Positions 56,973-64,000 of a stretch of 64,000 nt of DNA are shown piece after piece (position 1 is the first letter of the stretch; each line of letters opens with the position of its first letter). A model generated the notes under the pieces. It searched no databases, was not told the DNA's origin, and saw nothing but the letters and a program-made list of their open reading frames with translations. This stretch comes from an uncultured Flavobacteriales bacterium. Lineage in GTDB: Bacteria > Bacteroidota > Bacteroidia > Flavobacteriales > Flavobacteriaceae. Location: the NCBI GenBank assembly GCA_913058295.1, contig CAJXRD010000007.1:15771-79770 (forward strand). The letters run 5' to 3'. A program made the position numbers and the translations under genes.

Positions 56973-59777
56973 TTGCAAATAAAAAATATAGCACAAAAAA
57001 TATGCTTAATTTTGAATCTTACTGCCATAAAGGGTAGCATAGCAATAACTAAGTCAAATTTACATAAAAATAGTATCGTAGCGTTGCAAACATTCAGGCA
57101 ATTTTTATTACTAACTACAACTATTCTGCTATTATGTGGCACGTCTTTGTATTCGCAAGATATTCCTCCAAAAACAGAAACAAATATTCCAGTTAAAGAA
57201 AAGCAAGATTCTTTAAATATTTCGATTTCTAATCCAATCTCTGAAATAAATGAAGCTATATTAGATACTATAAAAACAGATACTATAAAGCCAAAAGAGG
57301 AAATGCTTACTAGCGTAATTGACTATTACGGTGAAGACTATGTCTATTTAGATAAACTGAAAAATAAAGTATATTTATTCAATAATGCATATATCACTTA
57401 TGAAGACATGCGTATTGAAGCTGGATACATTATTCTGGATTATAATACAAACGAAATATATGCCAAAGGAATTGATAGTGCTGGAGTATATTCACAAAAG
57501 CCTGTATTTACACAAGCAAGTAATGAAGTAATACCAGATTCTATCCGTTTTAATATGGATACTGAAAAAGCGGTTATTTATAATTCTAGGTCTGGATCAG
57601 GTGACGTTAACTATATCGCAGAAGTATCCAAAAAGGTTAATGATTCCGTATATTTTCTAAAAAACATAAAGTTTACCACTTCAAAAGATATTGATGATCC
57701 TGAATATTATTTTTATACTAGACGTGCAAAAGTAGTTCCTCAGAAAAAAATTGTGACTGGTTTCACCAATATGTATATTGCAGATGTACCACTCCCCCTA
57801 GGACTTCCATTTGCTTTTTTTCCGCTTACTAAAGATCGAACTTCAGGGTTTATAATTCCTAGCATTGGTGATAATAATGATAGAGGTTTTTTCTTTCAAA
57901 ATGGGGGTTACTATTTTGCTATAAATGACTATTTTGATTTAACCATTTTAGGAGATTATTATACCAATGGAAGCTATGCTTTACGGATGGAGTCTTCTTA
58001 TGCTACACGTTATAGGTTTAGCGGAAACCTTAGTCTACGTTACGAAAACCTAATAAGTAGTGAACGAGGATTCCCAGATTTTAGTGAGAGTTCTGTATAC
58101 AATATTCGTTGGACGCATAGCCAAGATTCTAAATCTAGTCCAAGTTCAAGGTTTTCTGCCTCTGTAAACTTAGGAAGTAGTGAATATTATAGTGAATCGA
58201 TTAATCAAACTAATAATGCGAGTTCTTTAATTAACACATTAAATTCTTCCATTTCCTATTCAAAGACCTTTGAGGGCGAACCACAAGTAAACTTCACCGT
58301 TGCTGGTACTCATTCTCAAAATACCAATACAGAAGAAATTGATATGTCCTTGCCCAACATTAATGCAAGTATATCCCGTATTTTTCCTTTTGAACCTAAA
58401 ATTGGTACTAAGAAAGGAATTCTAGAAAATATTAATTTACAATACAATTTAGCTGCGGAAAATAGAATTACAACAACCGACTCCTTGTTTTTTAAATCTG
58501 AAATGTTTGATGACGCTCAATTTGGAGCCCAACATACTATTCCAATCAGCACAAATTTTAAAGTTCTAAAATACCTAAGTGCTTCTGCAAGTACTACCTA
58601 TCAAGAAACTTGGGCCTTTAAAACTATAGAAAAAGATTACGATGATGAGTTAAATGAAGGCTTAGGAGGAGTTGCTCAGGACACCATAAATGGATTTGAT
58701 AGTTATCGTACTTATAATTTTTCAACAAGTTTGGGTACTACCATGTATGGGATGTTTAATTTTGGGAAAAACAAGAAATTTCAAGCCCTAAGACATGTCT
58801 TTAGACCATCTATAAGTTACAATATAAACCCTTCATTTGATCAATATTATGATACTTATGAAGACCCTAACCAAGATGAACCTGTTTACTATTCTAGGTT
58901 TGAAAACACTCTTTATGGAGCTCCAGGAAGAGTTAGATCAAGCAGTATTGGTTTGTCTATGAGCAATACCTTTGAAGCCAAGGTAAGAGACAGAGATTCA
59001 ACTGCTACAGATCCTAAAAAAATAGTCTTACTAAATAATTTAAACTTTCAAACTGCTTATAACATCGCTGGTGATTCTTTAAATTGGAGTCCTTTGCTAG
59101 TTTCTGGGAGTATTCCAATAGTAAAAAAGCTAGACTTTAATTTTAATGGAATTTTAGATCCTTATGCTTTAGACAATAGTAACAATCGTGTGGATGATTT
59201 TAACATTAATAATGGCGGAAGTTTATTTAGATTAACAAGAGGAAACATCAGTATTAATTATTCTTTTTCTAGTAAAGATTTTGAAGGCAAAAGAAATGAT
59301 GAAGATGATTTTAACACAGATACTTTTAGGAATGGTGGAAGACCGGATGATTTATTTGGAGACTCCACTCCAATAAATGATAGAAGTAAATATGAGGAGG
59401 ATGAATCGCGATCTACCGATGATTATGAATGGTATAATTTTTCCGTCCCCTGGGATTTAAGATTAGCCTATACCGTAACATACAACAATGCACAAAGGCA
59501 AGATGAAATATCATCCCAATCCATAATGTATAGCTCTAATATCGAATTTGCTCCAAGATGGAAAGTAGGTGTTTCTTCGGGTTACGATTTTAAAAATAAA
59601 GGGGTTACCCTAACACAATTTAGATTTCAAAGAGATTTAGAAAGTTGGCGAATGTCATTTAACTGGACACCAATTGGGAGTACACATACTTCCTGGTACT
59701 TTTTTATAGGAATTAAGTCTTCCATGCTTAGTGACATTAAATATGAGAAACGTAGAGAGCCAGACAAGAGTTTGTAA
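56973..59777 (+). CDS. lptD: Putative LPS-assembly outer membrane protein LptD (start codon uncertain)
   Basis: OstA-like N-terminal region, KFTTS, ..PLGLPFAFFP, GFFFQNGGYY, beta-barrel, C-terminal RDLESWRMSFNW. Confidence 0.85.
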   Translation: MQIKNIAQKICLILNLTAIKGSIAITKSNLHKNSIVALQTFRQFLLLTTTILLLCGTSLYSQDIPPKTETNIPVKEKQDSLNISISNPISEINEAILDTIKTDTIKPKEEMLTSVIDYYGEDYVYLDKLKNKVYLFNNAYITYEDMRIEAGYIILDYNTNEIYAKGIDSAGVYSQKPVFTQASNEVIPDSIRFNMDTEKAVIYNSRSGSGDVNYIAEVSKKVNDSVYFLKNIKFTTSKDIDDPEYYFYTRRAKVVPQKKIVTGFTNMYIADVPLPLGLPFAFFPLTKDRTSGFIIPSIGDNNDRGFFFQNGGYYFAINDYFDLTILGDYYTNGSYALRMESSYATRYRFSGNLSLRYENLISSERGFPDFSESSVYNIRWTHSQDSKSSPSSRFSASVNLGSSEYYSESINQTNNASSLINTLNSSISYSKTFEGEPQVNFTVAGTHSQNTNTEEIDMSLPNINASISRIFPFEPKIGTKKGILENINLQYNLAAENRITTTDSLFFKSEMFDDAQFGAQHTIPISTNFKVLKYLSASASTTYQETWAFKTIEKDYDDELNEGLGGVAQDTINGFDSYRTYNFSTSLGTTMYGMFNFGKNKKFQALRHVFRPSISYNINPSFDQYYDTYEDPNQDEPVYYSRFENTLYGAPGRVRSSSIGLSMSNTFEAKVRDRDSTATDPKKIVLLNNLNFQTAYNIAGDSLNWSPLLVSGSIPIVKKLDFNFNGILDPYALDNSNNRVDDFNINNGGSLFRLTRGNISINYSFSSKDFEGKRNDEDDFNTDTFRNGGRPDDLFGDSTPINDRSKYEEDESRSTDDYEWYNFSVPWDLRLAYTVTYNNAQRQDEISSQSIMYSSNIEFAPRWKVGVSSGYDFKNKGVTLTQFRFQRDLESWRMSFNWTPIGSTHTSWYFFIGIKSSMLSDIKYEKRREPDKSL

Positions 59778-59855
59778 TTTGTCTTCTTTAGCTATAAATC
59801 AATTTATACTCTCAATTTTGTTTTATATAAATGAAGAGAGAAAAATATTTTTAAA

Positions 59856-60236
59856 ATGAAAAAAATTATAACTACAAAAAATGCCCCTGCTCCTATTGGA
59901 CCCTATAATCAAGCAGTATTAAAAGGGAATATGTTGTTTACATCAGGGCAAATAGCAATCGATCCTGTAACAGGTTTGTTGAATACAGGCGATATTAAAG
60001 AAGAAACAAAAACTGTAATGGAAAACATAAAAGCTGTTTTAAAAGAGGCGGATATGTCTTTTGAAAATGTACTGAAGACTTCTATCTTTATTTCTGACAT
60101 GAATAATTTCGCAGCTATAAATGAAGTCTATGCCACTTATTTTAATGAAGCTACTGCGCCAGCTCGCGAAACAGTTGAAGTTGCAAACCTCCCAAAATAT
60201 GTGAATGTAGAGATTTCTGTAATTGCAGCTTTATAG
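59856..60236 (+). CDS. ridA: RidA/YjgF/YER057c family enamine deaminase
   Basis: APAPIGPYNQA, FTSGQIA, PARETVEVANLP, VEISVIA. Confidence 0.95.
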   Translation: MKKIITTKNAPAPIGPYNQAVLKGNMLFTSGQIAIDPVTGLLNTGDIKEETKTVMENIKAVLKEADMSFENVLKTSIFISDMNNFAAINEVYATYFNEATAPARETVEVANLPKYVNVEISVIAAL

Positions 60237-60239
60237 TCA

Positions 60240-63200
60240 TTAATTTTCTTCTTTATTTTCTTTAGATTTAAAAAGGACTGGAGCACTATTATCATCTGGA
60301 ACAACATCTTCTAATGAGGATTCTAATTCTATATCTGTACCAAATATTATTTTAATTAGTTCTTTAAGTGTATCAAAATCTACAGAGTAAGAAACTCCAG
60401 CACCTTGTTCAAAGGTTTGGTCCTCTCCAATAAATTGCAATTCTGCTTGACGGTTAAAAAACTTTACTCTTAAGCTTCCATCTTCATTTACTAACCATTG
60501 TACCTCCACATCTCCAGCAACTCTTGAATCATTTATTCCACCAACAGGAATCCCTACTTTTCCATTTACTATGACTCGCTCGCTCAATTGACTTGAAAAC
60601 TGAACTCCAATTTCATCTTCTGTTTCTAACTCAACAGTATCTACTCCCATATCATAATAAGGTACAATATTTATAAGCGCATCTTCATCTTCAAGTATTT
60701 GAGCTAAAAGAGTATTAATCCCACCAGTTAAGGTACCTGAAACAGCATTTTGCCCAGCAGCATCACTTATAAATGAATCGGTTGTTATTAAAAACAATGC
60801 TTGCTTTTCTCTTTCCTCAGGAGTTTGCAATTTATATTCTAATTCACTTTTTACTGTAGAACTTACTTCAGGGAATTCAATATCAAAAGTCAGTTCTGGT
60901 TGGCTAATATCCTCATTTAAATCTATCATTACTTCCACAGGAATTTTTCTATTTATGGAAGGGTCATCCAATAATGCAGAGGGATTTGCTCTTGTTTTAT
61001 AAATTGCCTTTAAATTTAATTCCGCTTTGCCAGGAAGTCCATCCCAAGTTATAGTACCATCCCGCTCTACTTCTATTTCTTTTTTAATAATTTTTCCATA
61101 CCTAAAATCGTAAAACCCTTCATAAACAATAAAATCACCCCACATATTAAATTTACCCAAAGTGTTTATTTCTAATAGTAAAGTCCCAGCACCACGCCCT
61201 CTAATAGCCGATTTATTAACTTGATCGATAACAATCTCTACTTCGGCATTTCTATTTATATCCAATTCAAAATTTAAGGTCAATCCAGTTAAGTCTTCAT
61301 AGATTAATTCTTCCCCTCGCAATCTTGCTTCTTTTTCTTTTGGGGATAAAAATTTAATAAACGAATCATCCCCAATAGATTCTGTATCACTCAAAGGAAT
61401 CTTAAAACTCGTGTTTTCCTCTGTTTTAGCAACTACATCAATTACAAGTTCATCCAAGGGGCCAGATATATCTGCTCTTCCACTAATAAAAGCATTTCCA
61501 TAAAATAATTTATCCTCTTCTAATTTAGTGTCCAGCACCACTAAATTATCTGTGGTTACATTCAGGTCTAGTTTCCAATCCTCAAAATTATTATGAGTTG
61601 CATTTCCAGATAATATCCCTACTGTATTAAATTTTGTATCTGTGATTTGGGAAGGCAATATCTCTATCTTATCTTTAGTAGCAATTAGGTTTGTTCTATC
61701 GTCTAAATCTAAATCTACATTCAAGTATGGAATAGTTAATCCACTATCTTTTAATTCAAAATTTCCTAATATATTAGGAGCACTTATATTTCCTGTAATT
61801 TGCGCGCTTCCAGTAATCAAGCCTCGAATATTCGTAATAACATCTCCTCCAAATGGACTTATTGCCATTAAATTTAATTCGTTAAGATCGACATTTAATT
61901 GTATTTTAGGTTGTTCCGGAGACACATCTATATTTCCAACTGCATTAAAAGATTTTACATTTTCATGAGTTAAACTAGCAATTAAATCATAAAATGTTAA
62001 ATCGTTATTTCCAATGAATTTTATATCTAAATCACCATAATCTACTTCATTAACCGAAATATTATCAATTATTACTGTGGCATCTGGAAAATAAAGTCCA
62101 TCATTTTGATTAATATTTAATTCTCCATTTACATTTCCTTTTAGTCTTAAGCTATCTATATGAGGTGTAATATTACCTATGTTTACATCTCTAAATTGAA
62201 CTTGTAAGTTTTTATGAGTACTATCTATTACAGATCCTGCAAATTGAATGTATTCATTATTATGATTTAATACTATAGAGTCAAACTGGATCTTTTTAAA
62301 ATCATTATCAAAAACAATTTTATTTAAATTATTATTCTTTTCATTTAAGTACCAATCCTTTTCTTTATAAGTAATTGTCGATCTCTTTACTCCTACTACA
62401 GAATTACCATCAGAATCAATTGTATGATATAAAGAAAGGTCAAAAAGGTCCTCCTTTTTTTCTCCACCGCTAAAAGTAGATTGTATGTATAAGGTATCGT
62501 TTAATGTTTTGTTTATAAAGTTTATATCTTTTAAGTTATATACTCCATTATACAATGAGTCAATTGATATATAGGTGTTATACAATGGGTTATTGTTATC
62601 CACTTGAAGATTAACTTTACCAAAATAATTATCGAATAGTAATATTTCAGGAGATCTAAAATCTAATTTAAATTTTGTGTCATCAGAGTAAACAGAACCT
62701 TTTATTCTGGTATTATCCCCAAATTGAATATCGGGAACAAACACTTCAATCATTTTATTATAAATCTCAAAATTATAATCTATATATTGATTTGAAGTTA
62801 CTTCTTCAGGGATATAATTTGCATAGTTCATTCCAATACCATTTTTAAATAGGTAAGGAATGTCTTCTAATAAAAACTCTCCTGAAATACTCCCGGTTAT
62901 AATGTCTGGCGAATTTATCTCGATTGCCCTTTTTATCCCTTCTTTCTTAGTAGTAATATTAAAGTCATCAAAGTAAAAGTCATTTGTCTCATTTTGATAA
63001 AAAGTTTCTTTAAATGAAATAGAACCTTGTGTGTTATCTATTGAATTACCCTCCATCTTCATCACAATTTTACCTGCAAATACAGAAACACTATCTCTTT
63101 GCACTAAGTTTAATTGGTGTAATTCTGCATAATCCACATCCGCCTCAAAATCAAATTGATTTAGTTCTTTAGATACATCTACCAAGCCTTTAAAATCCAG

Positions 63201-64000
63201 CTTTAAATTTGGATCATCGATAGTTAAGACTCCATCAAACAATGGATGCTGTAATCCACCTGAAAGTGATATATTTTTATAATCGTAGTTTTCATATATA
63301 AAAGAAGATATTGTCCCTGTGATTTTTGTATTTAAAGATTCTTGTGTAAAGCCCACTCCCTCTATATGTATGTCTGTTGTTACTGTGCCCAGCTTATCAT
63401 ATTTTACAAGCTTTCCAAGGTTGAAATTAGTAAGAAGAATATCCCCTACATAAGTAGCTTTTTCTGAATTGCTAATATCTTTTATTTCAATATTGGTTTT
63501 TACATAACCCAGAGAACTACTCAAAGTACTATTTGTTAAAAAAGTATTTTTTGTAATGCTTGTGTTTCCTTTAAATTTGATTGCACCCAAATACATGATC
63601 TCTTCTGGCAAATTACCCCCAATCACCCTAGGCATGAATCTTCGCAAGGCTTTAGAGCTTGTTGTAATCGCATGATTATTAGCCTGTATTAGAAAGTCTT
63701 CATCTGCTTTTAGCAAATCCTTAAAAACAAAATCTCCAACTAAATTTATCCCATTAGTTTTTAAATGTGCATTGCCAAAAATAAAATCATTAAGAGTTCC
63801 ATTTATATCCCCATTTACTTGGATGATTTTATTCTTAACAAATTCATTATAAAATGCATTTAAATCATTGGTTGAAACTTGTGTGTCTACTAAAACAGCA
63901 GAAATAGTCACATTATTTGAAAAATCTGACATTCCATTTTCAGGTAGATAACTCATTTTAATTTCCCCCTTTATAGCAGATTGTTCAGTAAGTAAATTTA
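60240..64000 (-). CDS. tamB: Translocation/assembly module TamB-like protein (DUF490), 5'-truncated by the window edge
   Basis: Frame is open to the window end (...NLLTEQSAIKGEIKMSY...). Long beta-taco repeats and a DUF490-type C-terminus (GDVEVQWLVNEDG, QGAGVSY). Confidence 0.88.
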   Translation of the reverse strand, partial: NLLTEQSAIKGEIKMSYLPENGMSDFSNNVTISAVLVDTQVSTNDLNAFYNEFVKNKIIQVNGDINGTLNDFIFGNAHLKTNGINLVGDFVFKDLLKADEDFLIQANNHAITTSSKALRRFMPRVIGGNLPEEIMYLGAIKFKGNTSITKNTFLTNSTLSSSLGYVKTNIEIKDISNSEKATYVGDILLTNFNLGKLVKYDKLGTVTTDIHIEGVGFTQESLNTKITGTISSFIYENYDYKNISLSGGLQHPLFDGVLTIDDPNLKLDFKGLVDVSKELNQFDFEADVDYAELHQLNLVQRDSVSVFAGKIVMKMEGNSIDNTQGSISFKETFYQNETNDFYFDDFNITTKKEGIKRAIEINSPDIITGSISGEFLLEDIPYLFKNGIGMNYANYIPEEVTSNQYIDYNFEIYNKMIEVFVPDIQFGDNTRIKGSVYSDDTKFKLDFRSPEILLFDNYFGKVNLQVDNNNPLYNTYISIDSLYNGVYNLKDINFINKTLNDTLYIQSTFSGGEKKEDLFDLSLYHTIDSDGNSVVGVKRSTITYKEKDWYLNEKNNNLNKIVFDNDFKKIQFDSIVLNHNNEYIQFAGSVIDSTHKNLQVQFRDVNIGNITPHIDSLRLKGNVNGELNINQNDGLYFPDATVIIDNISVNEVDYGDLDIKFIGNNDLTFYDLIASLTHENVKSFNAVGNIDVSPEQPKIQLNVDLNELNLMAISPFGGDVITNIRGLITGSAQITGNISAPNILGNFELKDSGLTIPYLNVDLDLDDRTNLIATKDKIEILPSQITDTKFNTVGILSGNATHNNFEDWKLDLNVTTDNLVVLDTKLEEDKLFYGNAFISGRADISGPLDELVIDVVAKTEENTSFKIPLSDTESIGDDSFIKFLSPKEKEARLRGEELIYEDLTGLTLNFELDINRNAEVEIVIDQVNKSAIRGRGAGTLLLEINTLGKFNMWGDFIVYEGFYDFRYGKIIKKEIEVERDGTITWDGLPGKAELNLKAIYKTRANPSALLDDPSINRKIPVEVMIDLNEDISQPELTFDIEFPEVSSTVKSELEYKLQTPEEREKQALFLITTDSFISDAAGQNAVSGTLTGGINTLLAQILEDEDALINIVPYYDMGVDTVELETEDEIGVQFSSQLSERVIVNGKVGIPVGGINDSRVAGDVEVQWLVNEDGSLRVKFFNRQAELQFIGEDQTFEQGAGVSYSVDFDTLKELIKIIFGTDIELESSLEDVVPDDNSAPVLFKSKENKEEN

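Noticed and set aside
1802-61968. Short antisense or overlapping ORFs of 60-140 aa in the track (e.g. 1802..2005, 8159..8446, 9516..9863, 9904..10323, 61642..61968)
   Set aside because: They lie within or mostly overlap well-supported genes on the opposite strand or in another frame, and show no recognisable motifs.
1-64000. tRNA/rRNA genes, integrases, transposases, prophage or defence-system genes
   Set aside because: No T-loop or anticodon cloverleaf, rRNA-like GC-rich block, or recombinase or defence motif was recognised.

Overview
AT-rich bacterial chromosome segment. The gene content (T9SS C-terminal domain protein, TTTG/TAnnTTTG-type promoters, bshA, LptD-like and TamB-like genes) points to a Flavobacteriaceae (Bacteroidota) genome. 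The left part holds mostly housekeeping genes (nucleoside phosphorylase, ung, mutS2, two tandem mscS, a dicarboxylate/amino-acid symporter, aroC, an FAD/Fe-S oxidoreductase) plus a LamG + PNGase F-like T9SS protein. The middle (about 17.8-39.4 kb) looks accessory: an ABC pair, serine hydrolases, Crp/Fnr + YceI, an ECF sigma cluster, an NtrC-type two-component system divergent from a MacAB-like ABC exporter, a kinase, an amidohydrolase and a repeat protein. A complete trpEGDCFBA operon with a WWW leader-peptide attenuator follows, with a divergent nitrilase, then bshA, a GH3/serine-hydrolase fusion, a split FadF-like pair, mlaD, an amidase, lptD, ridA and a partial tamB. I found no tRNA, rRNA, CRISPR array, transposase or integrase. 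The best candidate for an undescribed system is at 29.66-34.6 kb. There, a full sigma-54 promoter architecture (two dyad enhancer sites, an IHF-like site, a -24/-12 box) sits in front of three unannotated tiny ORFs (28, 38 and 21 aa), placed directly ahead of the exporter genes. Other highlights are two families of REP-like palindromic elements (one forms a 30-bp perfect inverted repeat bracketing trpG), an unannotated 34-aa membrane peptide, and a nitrilase next to the trp operon. All family assignments come from motifs recognised by eye; no database searches were run.
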